A DNA stretch of 64,000 bases from the human T2T-CHM13v2.0 reference genome, Homo sapiens. Below, piece after piece: positions 1 to 13,440 of the stretch; the first letter of the stretch is position 1, and each line of letters opens with the position of its first letter. Location of the stretch: assembly GCF_009914755.1 (NCBI RefSeq), contig NC_060934.1; one strand, 5' to 3'. The position numbers and the translations under genes were made by a program. The notes beneath the pieces are model-generated. The model worked only from the letters and a program-made list of their open reading frames with translations, ran no database searches and had not been told where the DNA came from.

Positions 1-1269
1 GAAAGCCATTAGGGAAAAACACACTAAGTGACCTAACAGGAGGCCATCTGTGAGCCAGAAAGTGCCCGTCATTCATCACCTCCTCTAAGTGTGTCTGCTT
101 CCACTCTGGGGAGACTAACGACAGTCTTCCCACTCAGGGATCCTGTCCATCTCCCAGCCACAAATCCCTAGACAAATACAGCTGGGAAGAAATTATTCTC
201 ACAGTCAGCAGTGACACATCCATCTTGAAAACCATTTTAGCTTGGTTCTGCCCTCCCCCTTGCTGAGGTGCTGGGTCAGTCTGGACCCCAGGGAAGTCAA
301 CTCCAACTAACCTGGCCCTCCCCACCCCCTCATGTACCGGGAGAAGGAACTGCAGCCCTTGCTTTCTCAGTAGGTCGCCGCCTATGTCCAGTGACGTTCT
401 GACTCCCCAGAGGAGACGGGGCTCATGCTGTCCCACCAGTTAGGAGCAGACAGGATTAAATGTGTGGCCATTTCAACCAAATCACAAATGGCGACTTACC
501 TTTGGTCAGTAATGGCTTCACCACCATCACTGCAAAGATGCAGGCTTTGTACCACCCACGGGAAGGTTGTTCTAGGTGACTGTGGAATTATTTAAGATAC
601 AGTTCTGGCCCTGAAGGGGTTTGCTGCTGGAAACTTCCTGTTTGAGAGAAAAATATTGATAGAATTATTTATAGCTGTCAGTTCTAGGAGGTGCTCCTTG
701 ACTGGGTGAGAATAAGGATTGACGGGGACTGCATGGCAGGCTTGGCTATACTTGGCGGTCTGATACTGGTTCCCACTGTGTGATCTCTCTATTCTTATGT
801 CCCTAATAGGAAGACAGCAAATTACTTTACCCTACAATTAAAGGATCAGACAGCCATTTGGAACAGTTGTGCTTACACTGACCACTACCAGCAGCCCAAT
901 CGCTCCTTTCATCAGAATGCACAGCTGGCCTTGTGCCACCAAGATCCCCTGCGGACAAGACCAGAAGTAAATCCCAATGTGTTTTCTCATAATTTTTTAA
1001 TAACACTTTGAGGAGTAGAGTTAGATGTGCTTTTGAAAAAGAGTCTGTAGACACTTGAGAGGGTAATAAATGACATCCAGCCCTGCCCAGTAAATCTAGG
1101 GCAAAATCTCTCCGTAGGAAGTAAAAGTACAGGTGACCACACCCCAAGGAACTGGGTGATTGGAGCCTTTGTGTAGCACTGGGTGCTCCAAGGTTTTATG
1201 CATTCCAATCTGGTCCCTGTAACTAATGGTGATAATAACGGCAATATCGTTAGGTAGTTATCAGTTATC

Positions 1270-1445
1270 AAACCTATCAGATATTGTGCTAAACGCTTTA
1301 TGCATGGGACCTACTTCAACACTTCCAACAACTCTATAAACAGATGCGAATTTCTCTAGACAGGCTCAGAGAAGTTCAGCCAGTTACTTGAGATGAAGCA
1401 CCAGCAAGCCTCAGAACTGAGATCTGAATCCGCTGCTGAGTTCTG
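1270..1445 (-). mobile_element. MIR SINE fragment
   Basis: Degenerate MIR core (aggctcagagaagttcagccagttacttg...agaactgagatctgaatcc). Confidence 0.5.
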
Positions 1446-1587
1446 CGCTGTCTAGTATTCCACATCCGCCTGTTCAGTCCCACGCCCTCGAGGAGCGGGG
1501 TTCTCTAAGGCCAGGTTTCTAAATGCTGAGGTCTGCCTCTTCCTTCATCTTCCCGTTTAACCACATCATTTGTATCCAAAATCCCAG

Positions 1588-1655
1588 CATCACCCAGTAT
1601 GCCCATTTAACATACCTGCACACGTACTCCCTGCCTCTAAAATAAAAGTTGAAAT
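1588..1655 (+). mobile_element. L1 (L1PB/L1MA-type) extreme 3' end
   Basis: cctgcacacgtactccctgcctctaaaataaaagttgaaatt resembles an L1 3' terminus with its polyA signal. Confidence 0.6.
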
Positions 1656-4292
1656 TATATAAAAATTTTAATACATATATTAAATTTTAAAAAAATAGTT
1701 TGGAAACCCCTGCATAAAATTGATAACTTGAAAGGGAACAATTTCAAGTAAAATTCTGAACTAGTAAAACAAAAAGGAAGAAATGAGGGATAGCAAGAAA
1801 ATGTTCTTGTCTCCAACAATAAAAAAAAAATCATATGAAAGAAAACTAATAAAGGCTTGGAACACGGATTCAAACTACTTATGTGGCCAGGGGGAAAACG
1901 ATTAAAAATTTAAAGTAGACCTGGACAATAAGGGCCCAAGATACCTTGCAGAAACTAAGATAAATTTTCTTTGGGAAATTACCTCACAACGAAGACCTCA
2001 AGGAAATTCCATAGATAAAAGTTTCAATGAATATAATCTCAAAATCAAAGACATGATAAAACAAATGGAGTCATCAAAAATTAGAAACTAAAGTTAAGAT
2101 ACAAACATACTTGTGACATTGGAATTACCATATAAGAATATAAAATAATATCTCATAGGTTTAGAGAAATAAAAAGTGAAATAAAATTATGAGTAACATA
2201 TAAAAGCTAATACACATCTCCACATCTTTAACAGCTTTATTGATATATAAACCATATGCCATACAGTTCACCCATTTAAAGTGTAGATTAAATGATTTGG
2301 TATATTCACAATTATGCAACCATCATCACAATCTAATTTTAGCACATTTTCGAGATCCCAAAAAGAAACCCTATAGCCATTATCAGTCACTCCTAATCTT
2401 TCTTAACCCGTAAGTGCTGGACATTATTAACTCTGTCTTCATAGATTTATCTCTCCTGGGATAATTTATGTGAATGAAAAATAGGTTATGTGGTCTTGGT
2501 CTTTTACTAGGCATAATGTTTTCAAGGTTCACTTATTTTATAGCATGTATCACTACTTTATTCTTTTTTATTGCCAAATAATATTCCATTCTGTGGATAC
2601 ACCACATTTTATTTATCCACTCAACAGTTGATGGACATTGGGACTGTTTTCTAGCTTTGACTATTATGAATAGTGCTGCTATGAACATTCATGTACAAGA
2701 CTTTGTATTGCATGTTTTCATTTCTTTTGGATATATACCTAGAATTAGTATTGCTGGATCACATGGTAACTATATTTAACTATTTGAGGAACTATCAAAA
2801 TTTTGCTGCACTATTTTACATTAGAATACATTGAGTAAATTCTTTATTCAGCAATCATTTTACATTAGAATACATTGAGTAATTTCTTTATTCAGCAATA
2901 TGTGAGAATTTCAGTTTCTCCATTTCCTTACCAATGTTGTCTTTTTGATTATAACTATTCCAGCTGGTGCAAAGTGGCATCTCATTGTGGTTTTGATTTG
3001 TATTTCCCTATTGATTAATTATGTTGAGTACTTTTTCATGTGGCCACTTGCACATCTTCATTGTAGAAGATTCTATTTAGAACCTTTGTCCATTTTCAAT
3101 TAGTCTTTTTATTATTGATTTGCAAGAGCATATTATATATTCTAGGTATAAGTCTCTTATCCAAATATATGATTTGCAAATATTTTCTCTCATTCTGCAG
3201 TCATCTTTTCACATTTTTAGTCATGTCCATTGAAGAGCAAAGGTTTTTTAATATTGATGAAGTCCAATTTATCTATTTTACTTTTTCACTTGTGCTTTTG
3301 GTGTCATAATTAAGATACCATTGCTTAACCCATGATTATGAAGATTTGCTCCTAAGTTTTCTTCTAAGAGTTTTGTAATTTTTAGCTCTTACATTTACAT
3401 TTATGATCATTTTGGGTTTTTTTTTTTTTGGTATGGTGTAAAGTAGGGTCTCAGTTTCATTCTTTTGCATTGAATATCCAGTTGTCTGATACTTGTTGTC
3501 AGCATTTATCTGATAGTTGTCACCATCTGTTGAAAAGACTAATCTTTCCCTCATTAAATTGTCTTGCTTCCCTTGTTGAAAATTAATTGACCATAAATGT
3601 AGGGGCTTATTTTTGGACTCCAGATCTATTCCATTGATCTGTCCTTATAGGAGTACTACATTGACTTGATTACTGTAGTGTTGTAGTAAGCCTCGAAATC
3701 AACAAGTATGAGTCTTCCATGTTTATTTTTCTTTTTCAAGATTATTTTAGCTTTTCCAGGTCACTGCCATTTCCATGCAGATTTCAGGATTAGCTTATCA
3801 TTTCTAGAAAAAAGCCAGCAGGTATTTTGATAGAGATAGCCTTGAATCTGTGGGTGACAGGTTCAGTATTCTAAACCAATATTAACTAATATTGGTTAAT
3901 ATTGACTTATATATTGGTTAATATTGGCTTAATATTGATAATATGACAATACTAATTAATACAATTAAGCAATATTAATCTGAGGCATTTCTCAATTTAT
4001 TTTTGTCTTCTGTTTCTTTCAGTAATGTTTTGTAGATTTCAAGTTCAAAATGTGCACTTCTTTTGTTTGCTTTATTCCTGAGTATTTTATTTATGTTAAT
4101 GTTATTCTAGATGGAATAATTTTTAAAAATTTCATTTTTGTGTGGCTCAATGTTTGCATATATTGTATTCTGCAAATTTGATCAACTTGTCTATTAGATC
4201 TAATCGTTTTGAGTGTATTCTTTAGAATTTTCCATATACAAGATATGTCATCTGTAAGTAGAGAAAGCTTCGCTTCTTTTATTTCAATGTGA

Positions 4293-4331
4293 CCTTCCTT
4301 CCTTCCTTCCTTCCTTTTCCTTTCTTTCTTT
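4293..4331 (+). repeat. (CCTT)n/(CTTT)n simple repeat
   Basis: Directly visible. Confidence 0.85.
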
Positions 4332-5020
4332 GCCTCATCGTCTTGGCAGGAATCCAGTACAATGCTGAATAGAAGTGGTCGGAATGCACATCTCTGTCTT
4401 GTTTCCTGAACTTATGATAAAAGCATTCAGTTTCTCATCATTAATTGTGAAGTTGGTTGTGAGTTTTTCATAGATGATTTTTATCAGGTTGAGAAAATTC
4501 CCTGTTTTTCTAATTTATTGAGTCTTTTTATTACAAAAAAATTTTGAGTTTTTCAAGTGCTTTTTCTCTATTTATTAAGATAATCACATGCTTTTGTTTT
4601 TATTAATATGAATTACTATTTGAATTGATTTTCAGATGCTAAACAAATCTTAGATTCCTTGAATAAATACTAATTAGTCATGGTGTATGATTCTTTTTAT
4701 ATATTTTCTGGATTTGGTTTGCTATTATTTTGTAGAGGATTTTTATATGTATATTTGCAAGTGCTTTGTCTATAGTCTTCTTGTTGTGTGTGATGTTTTT
4801 GTATGGTTTTGGTGTCAAGGTAATACTGGACTTGTAAAATATATTGGAGTGTTTCCTTCTTTTCTATTTGTTTGGGAAGAGTTTGTGAAGGATTGGTGTT
4901 GATTCTTCATTAAATGTTTGATAGAATTCACCTTTGAGGCTATCTGAGCTTTAGCTTTTCTTTGTGAATAGTTTTGAATTACTAATTCAGTATCTTTACT
5001 TTTATAGGTCTATTCAGATT

Positions 5021-5464
5021 TTATTTTTATTTTTCAGTTTTTATTTTAGAATCAGGGGTACATGTGCAGGTTTGTTACAAAGGTACATTGTGTGACACTG
5101 AGGTTCGAAGTGTGATTGAACCCGTCACCCAGGCAGTGAGCATAGTACCCAATAGGTAGTTTTTCCGCCCTTCCCTCTTCCCTTTTCTCTCCTCTCCAGT
5201 AGTCCCAAGTGTTTATTCTTCCCATCTATATGGGAAGAAGTTTAGCTACTACTGCTAAGTGAGAACATGCAGTATTTGGTTTTCTGTTTCTGCATTAGTT
5301 CACTTAGGATTATGACCTTCAGCTGGATTCATGTTGCTGCACAAGACACGATTTCATTCTTTTTATGGCTGCGTAGTATTCCATGGTGTACATGTACCAC
5401 ATTTCAAAAATCCAATCCACCATTGATGGGTGCCTGAGTTGATTCCATGTTTTTGCCATTGTGA
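5021..5464 (-). mobile_element. 5'-truncated L1PA15/16-like 3' end nested in the L1M
   Basis: ggggtacatgtgcaggtttgttac...aagtgagaacatgcagtatttgg; flanked by TSD ctattcagatt (5010) / ctattcatatt (5465). Confidence 0.85.
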
Positions 5465-5843
5465 CTATTCATATTTTTTATTTCTTCTTGAGTCAGTCCT
5501 AGTAGTTAGTGTGTTTCTAGGTATTTGTCCATTTTATCTAGGTTATTTAATTTGTTGCCATACAATTGTACATAGAATTTTTCTATAATCTCTTTTATTT
5601 CTCCAATAGTAGTGATGCCCTCTATTATTTTTGATTTTGATAATTTGAATCTTCTCTTATTTATTGGTCAGTCTAACAAAAAGTTTATCAACTTTTGGGT
5701 TTAGTGATTTTTCTTGTTTATTCTTCTATTCTCTATTTTATTTATTTCTTTTCTAATGCTTTTATTTCCTTCCTTCTGTTTTCTTTTGGGTTTAGTTTAT
5801 CTTCTTTTCTAGTTTCTAAGATGGAATGTTAGTTTAATGATTC

Positions 5844-5879
5844 GAGAACAGTGAATCCTAACCACTAGACCACCAGGGA
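5844..5879 (-). pseudogene. tRNA-Glu(CTC) 5'-half retro-insertion
   Basis: Reverse complement TCCCTGGTGGTCTAGTGGTTAGGATTCactGtTCTC matches tRNA-Glu-CTC nt 1-36 at 32/36; 3' half absent. Confidence 0.85.
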
Positions 5880-8800
5880 TGCTTGGTTAATAATGGTTTG
5901 AGATCTTTCTTCTTTTCAATTTATAAGCATTTAGAGCTATAAATCCCCCTTTCTTCCAAGTACTGCTTCAGCTGCAACCCAGAAGTTTTTCTATGTTGTG
6001 TTTTTATTTTCATTTTCATTTATTTCAGGTATTTTTAAATTTCCCATGTGATTTCTCCTTTAAGCTATTGGTTATTTAATAATATGTAATTTCCACATAT
6101 TTGTGAATTTCTTAAATTTCTTTACTTTTATTGATTTCCTATATCATTGTGATTAGAAAAATACGTTGTGTAGATTTAAATTTCTTTACATTTATTGATC
6201 CTTGCTTAGGGTGTAGCAAATCCTGAAGAATGTTCCATGTGCCCTCGAGAAGAATGTGTATTCTGTTATTGTTGGGTGGATTGTTCTATAGATGTCTCTC
6301 AAGTCTAGTTGGTTTGTAGTGATTTCTAGTCTTCTATATGCTTTTTGATCTGTCTAGTTCTCCTATCTTTACTGAAAATGAGGTATGAAAGTCTCCAGCT
6401 GATGTTATCAAATTGTCACTGTCTTCCTTCAGTTCTGTCAGTTTTTGATTCATCTATGTTGTGGCTCTGTTGTTAGGTGCCTGTGCTTATAATTGTTACA
6501 GTATCCTAATGGATTGATCTTATTTATCATGATAGAATTTCTCTCTTATCTCTAGTAATTGTTTTTTTTTTTGCCTTAAGGTCTGTATTGTCTGATATTT
6601 GTATAGTCATTCCAGCTCTCTTATTGTTGCTATTTGTATGACATGACTTTCTACATTCCTTCACTTTCAACTTGTTTGTGTCTTTGAATCTAAAGTGTCT
6701 CCTGCAGGATTTTGTGGATCCTGTGGATTTTGTTTGGCATCTGGTCTTAAAATATCTGCCTTTTGATTGGATTGTTTAAAGTATTTCCATTTAATGTTAT
6801 TATTGATATAGTTGAATTTATGCCTGCCATTTTACTTTTTGTTTTTTATGTCTCGTTTCTTTTCCTCTTCCTCTGTTCCTCCAAAATGAATATTTTCTAC
6901 TTAATATTTTAATTCCTTTAATAAGTTTTTAAGCTACTTTTGAATTATTTTCTTAGTGGTCGTTCTGGTGCTTACAATATGCATCTTAACTTATCCAATC
7001 TAATTTAGATTTAAATTAATTTAATTTCAGTAAGATATAGAAACTTTACTTCTATATGGCTTTTTCCCTTCCTCCTGTCATTTATTATTGTTGTATATAT
7101 TATAACATCTATATAAGTTATTAATAGAAACATAAGGATTCATTGTTATATTTATTATTTTACATATTTTTTTTTGTTTTAAAGAAGCTGAGAAAAGAAA
7201 ACAAAGCAAGTATATATTTACAGAGTTTCTTAATTGTCATTTCTGGTTCTTTTCATTTCTTCCTGTGGATCTGAGTTACTAGCTGGTGTCATCTCCTTTC
7301 CCATACAACCTTTTCTCCATTGATCTCTTTCGTTTTGGTATTTTCAAATACACTATATTTCTATGTGTTATAGACCCAATGATACAATTATATACCTTTT
7401 TTATGTAATTGTTTTTTAAAAAATATACTTAGAGAAGAAAGGAGAAAAATCTGCAGTTATACTGCCTTTTATAATTATCTACATAATTACCTTTACTGGC
7501 AGTGTTTGTTTTATTGTGTGGATTTGAAATACTTCCTGAAGTTATCTGCTGTTAGCCTGAGAGATTCCTTTAGGATTTCTCTCAAGGAAGACCTTCTAAC
7601 ATTGAATAATCTCATTTTTTATTAATTTAGGATTTTCTTTACTTAGCCTTCATTTGTGAAAATGTTTTCCTGGTTGTAAGGTTCTTGACTGACAATTCTT
7701 TTTCTTTCTGTATTTTTGAATCCCACTACCTCTGGCCTCCATTGTTTCTGAGGAGAGGTCAGCTGTTAGCCTTCTTGGGGTTCCCTTGCATGTGATGAGT
7801 CACTTTTCTTGTTCTGTGTTCAAGGTTTTCTCTTTGCTTTTGCCTTTCGACTAGTTCAGTGATGTCTATTTCCCTGCAGTGTGGAGCCTCTGATGTCTCT
7901 GCTCTGAGGGTGCAGCCTTGAGAAGGCAAACAGTCTCCCTGGCCAGCATAGATCTGTGAGATCTGTGGTTTAGTTGGGTGCACTTTGACTCTCTTTCCGT
8001 GATCTGCCTGTTTTAAGCTTCTGGCTGGTCTGCCTCTATTCATGTCTCACACAGATATTAGCCTCCAGTAATTGCTATTTTCTCTATATTGTTTTAAAAA
8101 ATACCTTGGTGTATAATGTTTCATAGTTTAATTCAATTAAAGCCATGTCTTTTTGCAGGGCAAGGTGTTCCCATCTTCATGTCTTGCACTGACCCAAGGA
8201 GGGCTCTTCTTAGCAGTTTCTTTCCCTGGTTCCTCTGTCAAACTTCTAGCTGGTATACCATCTTGCTTGTTTCTACTACTGTCATGGATAGACAGCTTCC
8301 TCTTACTCATCACCAAGATCTCCGTTGCTTTTAACAATGCCCTCAGACATTTTTCTGTCAAACTATATGACAAATAATGTCCATTCCTTTAAGGAGAGTT
8401 GAGGGTCTTCCTGTTCTTAAAACTCCCTTCTCCTTTTGGGCAGAATCTCTATGCCACAAAAAACAGAGCTGAGGGTGGTGACAGTGGCCCTTTTCTCTTG
8501 GAGAGATATCCTTGCTCTATGAGTGAGGTCTTCTCCTCTTGCCTCTCCTGGCATTGAGCTGCCACCCTGCAAGTGAGCTGGGGCAGGGGTGATCAGTCCC
8601 ATGTTCTTAGCCTTATGAGTGGGGCCTGAGTACAGGAAGGGAGCCCTGGTCCTCTTAGGCACGCCTGCCTAGAATAAAGCTCGTGCAGCACAGAGCTGGG
8701 GAGGGCTGTGAGATTGGCTGACAACCTCCCATCCTGGCTGAAACTGTAGCTCTAGACTTGGATCTTGAGGGAGAAGAAGCCCCACCTTCTTGGCCACACC

Positions 8801-10210
8801 CACCTAGAGGAGAGCTTCTTTCCTGAGCCGAGGGTGGGCATGGGAGCTGGTTGTAACTCAGATGTCACAGACTTTCACTGTTATTACTAAGATTTAGTAG
8901 AATTTCTTGAACGAATGTTCCCTATCTACCATATGCCCTTAGGACAATTCCCAGAGACTTTAAATCATTGTTTTGTGAAATGTTCTCCAGTTAAAAGTTT
9001 GTTTTGCTGGGGAGAGGGTTTACTGAACTCCTCCCAACACCACTTTTCATGTCCCCATCTGCACCGCCCTATGATCCTTTTGAAGATGGAGCAAAATCTG
9101 CTCTCCTCTAATCTTTCAAAAACCATCACAACACAGTTCTACAACTGAATGTTATGAAAGTTTATTCTCCCACATAATATGGTCCTAGAACTTTTTAGCT
9201 TGGATTTTCTAGCTTTTCATTTTCTTTGCTTGCCTTTGGCCAGTCAGCCATTTCTGCTTTATTTTTTTGGCAGCCCGTGTGTCTGTAGTTACTGTCTTTC
9301 ATGCTTTCTACTTTTCTGATTCAAGGCTGACTGGAAGATTATCAGAACTGTGGGACAATTACAGTAAAACCATTCTGACTGAAAGCCTAGAGAATTCTTC
9401 AACAAACCAAGTGCTGGTGCTTCGAGTCATGCCATTCCATGAAGACTATTGAGAGCCCCTGTGGAGTCCTGCTTATTTTGGTGTTGATGGCCTTCCAGAA
9501 AGGGGGCTCATGGGGAGCTGACGGGCGCTACACAAGGGACCTTGCAGGCTGCTCCCAGCATCAGCAGTGATGATTGAGCCAGGGAGTCAAGAGACTTGTG
9601 AGAGTGTCACTATTTTAGCATAGAAAGGGAACACCTTACCAGGGTTGCTTACAGGGACTGATAGCCAGTCCTGAGGTAAGGCAGGAAGAAGGCCAGAATT
9701 TTCACGTAACACAAAGAGACCAGCACTGGCCTTGCAGCTAGTCCCACCCAAGGCTTAGAGTGTCCTGATTCTTATAATGGAGCTGTTGCATTTTCTCTGC
9801 CTCTGAAGATTGCCATGGAAGACTGCTGCTCAGAGCATCTATGCCCTGGAGTGGTATTTCACCTTTGCTGTGTCCTTGTGAGAGATTTGCATACACAGCA
9901 ACCCCCAGCTGGACTAGGCCCCTCAATGACAAGCCTTCCTAATGCTCACTGCCAGCTGTCCAACTGCCTATGGCTCTGGCTCCTATCTGTGCCTGGTGTC
10001 CTTTCTGCAGGGTCCCGTCTGTTTTCTGTGCTGTACCAGCTTGCTGTGACCGTCTCCTGTGGTCTTGCATATGTCCCTTGCTACAGCTGGTCTGTTGGTC
10101 AGTGAACATGCAACCTCAGTTGGAAGGTATGTTTTAAGCCCTGGACTCTCCCAACCTACTCGGCCAATGTGCAACCCAGCTGCAGGTAATGGAGACCTAG
10201 TAGAAACAAT

Positions 10211-10410
10211 CAGTGCTTCTCAAACTCCAGCAGGCATCAGAATCACCTGGGGGTGTGGAGCTGTCTTTAATACACAGATTGCAGAGCTCTGACCCCAGGG
10301 TTTCTGATTCAGTAGGTCTGAGGTGGGGCCAGGAATCTGCGTTTCTAAGAACTTGCTAAATAGTACTGATTGCTGCTGGTTCAGGAACCGCACTTTGGCA
10401 ACCACTCATC
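10211..10410. mobile_element. MER5A (hAT-Charlie MITE)
   Basis: cagtgcttctcaaact...catcagaatcacctggg...tctgattcagtaggtctgaggtggggccaggaatctgc...cactttggcaaccact. Confidence 0.8.
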
Positions 10411-10739
10411 TAGAAGGCAATACCCTTAAAATGGTTCTAGTTGTTGTCCCTGGGGAGATTACTGAAACTGATTTTTAATGTTTTCCCACAGTTTTAAGTT
10501 TGTATTTCCAGTTTTTATAATTAAAGAAATAATAAAAGGTAATAGGAAAAAACACAAATACCTATGCCTTCAAATGCATGTCCTCAAGTTCTCCATTCAG
10601 GTGCTTGACTCCAGCCCCTGGGCCTTCTTCCTTTTCCTTGAGGAAAATGTGCTTGTTCTTCTTCAGGGCCACTGATGAAGCTGTTCTGTGCCTGCAGAGG
10701 ACCCCCCAGGAGGCCCTGCCATTCCCATCAAAGGTTACA

Positions 10740-11010
10740 CCCTCGGAGAGAGTGCTCCTAACGTGTGCCACTCTCTACCACCTGAGATGCTATTTTTTAT
10801 AGCACTCTTCACAACCAGAGACAATCTTAGTTGTTTGTGTTTGGTGTGTTTTCTGTTCCTGACCTGCCCCTTCTTCCACCTCCCTGTCCTTAGCTCAGTC
10901 ACCAGAGCATCAGCTCCACGTGTCTTCCCTGTTCATGCTGAGTCCCACGGGCCCAGGGCAGTGATGGTCACATAGCAGGTGCTCAGTAAAATATTTGTTG
11001 AGACTAACTG
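10740..11010 (+). mobile_element. L2 3' fragment
   Basis: Ends cacatagcaggtgctcagtaaaatatttgttga, typical L2 3' end. Confidence 0.5.
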
Positions 11011-11317
11011 GAGATAAGAGAAGAAACAGTAGTTAAAAACAACAGGACCAGACTCCCCACTGTGCTTTCAGCCATCACAGGGGTGTGTGCTTTAATTTAG
11101 CTGGAGCAGCTCTCTAGGGAGGCACTGTACCTGAGCAGGGCATGGAGGAGGAGGGCATGGCAGAGAAGGAGCTGTCAGAGCTCGGGGACTGAGGGGACAG
11201 TGGACAGAGTGCTGCCCCACAGCACGGGGAGTTTCAGTGGGCTGCTCACACTGTCAGACAGAGCAGGGAGCTCCTGCACGCAATGGACAGAAAGTTCTAT
11301 TTGCTTGCAGGTGGTTG

Positions 11318-11750
11318 TGTGTTTGCTAGGGCTGCGTAACAATGTCCCACAATCTGGGTGGCTTAAACAACAGAAATGTATTCTATCACAGTTCTGGAGG
11401 CCTGAAATCCAAAACCAAGATGTTGACAGGGGCACGCTGTCTCCAAAGCCTCCAGGGAAAAATCATTCCTTTCCTCTTCCAGCTTCTGGTAGCCCAGGGG
11501 CTCCTTGGCTTGTGGCAGCATCATACCAATCCCTGCAGCTACAGGGTGTCCCGTTCCTGTCTGTCTGCGACTGTATCTCTTCACCTCTTCCTGTGAGGAT
11601 GCCAGTTGTTGGATTAGGGCATACCCTAATGACCTCATTTTAACTTGATTACATTGGCAGAGATCCTATTTCCAAATAAGGTCACATTCACATGTACCAG
11701 GAGTAGGACTTCAACCTATCTTTTTGGGGGACACAATTCAATCTAAACAG
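11318..11750 (-). mobile_element. MLT1 (MLT1C-like) MaLR solo LTR
   Basis: ctgggtggcttaaacaacagaaatgtattct...cagttctggagg; ccaaataaggtcacattc; gggggacacaattca. Confidence 0.8.
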
Positions 11751-13307
11751 TGGTCTTTGTAGAGCAGTTTCCATGGGGTGGTGTTTCATCTGCCAGAGAT
11801 CTGCACCAACAGGTTACATCTATCCAACTGAAGAATGTTGCACTCCACAGTCTCCAAAGGAAGAGTGGCCCACTGAAGCCCCCCAGGAAAGGTACCTAAG
11901 TCCAGGGCCCCTCAAAATAGGGAGTACTCTCACCCAGACCCCTAAAGGAGAAGTGTCTTACTCCAGAATCCTTCCAAGAACAATATCCACTGATGTACCC
12001 TAAAACTTAACATGATCTACATCCAGTTAGGGACCATTTTTTGATAGATTGGGAGGGCTGAGATTACCCTGATTTCAACTGTGCTAACAAGGCAAGCTTG
12101 ACCTGTGTCTTTGCCTGGGTTTTAGAAAAAGAGGAGGCTTCACTGCTGTGTGATGTGGCACATCTTGTAAAAGCCAAGTCTTTCTATGTATGTGCTGGTG
12201 CAACCCTATGAGCAATGTACAATGATCCCTTATACAGAAGAGGAGACAAAGGATCAGAGCGGTGACAAAGACTTGTCAACAGTCACATGACTCAGTAGTA
12301 GTAAAGCCAGGCCTCATGGCTCTACTCCAATGATCTGTGCTTTGTAACATGAAGAGTCTGTGTTATTGGGGTGCAGTTACCATTGGTGAATCTTTAATCC
12401 ATGCTTGGTCCCTTAAGACTGGAGGGCATCAGATGGGGGCTGAGGGGAATCCCTGGACAGTGAGCTTAGTGCAGAGGACCCTCCTATCTCACAGGGCCAT
12501 CCTCTCACCTGCTCATTGTTATTAACGTTGGCTAAGCACAGACCAAGCATGGCAAGGAAGCTGTTTCTGTGGAGCCTGCAGCCCCCTAGGCTCTGATATT
12601 TGCATTCAGCATTGTGCATGGAGACTTCTGGGGGCAGCCAGCTAACCCAGATGGGAGGGCTTTTGCTTGAGGACGTGACCACAAAACCAGGTGCGGGAGG
12701 ATTCTAGGAGCTCGGCACATCATGGAGGGAGGCCTGGGGTGGGCCAGTGAATGGGCTTCCTGGATTTAGACCATGGGGAGCAAGGAATGGTAGGATGAGC
12801 CCTGTGGTAATCAGAGGTGAGGCCACAGGGGGCCTTGATACCACACGAAGGAATGTGATGCTCTTCATTAAAGTCCTCAGGGATTGGGATCATCCAGGGA
12901 GCAAGAGAGATGGGTATCAGCCTTCTAGATGCCGCTGCACTGTGCAAGACAGGACCCTGATCACTGCGCCTGCCTCCTGGGTCCTGGCATTGTTTAGTGC
13001 TGCCTTGGACCTCCCATCCTGAATGGAGAGGAGCAGCAGCTGTGCTTGGGCTGTGTCCTCTCACTGATGGGGTCAGACTATACCGGGGCCGTGAACCCGG
13101 TAGGATCCTGGCCTTTCTCCTAAGCCTGTGACCAGAAACACGCCCTGCCTGGCTGCTATCTCAGTACACTAGGGAGCAGGGAAGCTCTCTAAGTCACTGG
13201 CTTCATGCCATTCAACATGGCCACCAAGAGTGGCAGCCTTGAGACTGGCAGAGCAGGAAAGCCTGCCTACCAGACTGGCTGGGTGAACAGGGCCCTCATC
13301 AGAGGCA

Positions 13308-13440
13308 CCCATTCCATCATTCACTTAAGCATCAAATATTTACTAAGTACCCACTGTGTGCACAGTCACCTGCTTACTGCAGGGACAGAGAGGTGGGGAA
13401 GGGTAGACCCTGACTTCAACCTCCCCACAGTGCAAAGAAG
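13308..13440 (-). mobile_element. L2 3' fragment
   Basis: cattcacttaagcatcaaatatttactaagtacccactgtgtgc. Confidence 0.5.

Larger units (their letters stand above)
2226..9040 (-). mobile_element. Old L1M (L1MB7/8-like), long and degraded: 3'UTR, ORF2, ORF1 remnant and probable 5' region
   Basis: L1MB 3' end at 2226 (acagctttattgatata...cccatttaaagtgta), T-rich antisense ORF2, EN region ~6250-6850, ORF1-like peptide at 7759-8043 (QRENLEHRTRKVTHHMQGNP). The 5' boundary is uncertain. Confidence 0.8.

Noticed and set aside
5844-5879. Functional tRNA gene
   Set aside because: Only the 5' half; no T-arm/B-box or 3' acceptor strand.
9640-10085. Possible old ERVL LTR ending ttgctaca
   Set aside because: Family and 5' boundary could not be established by eye.
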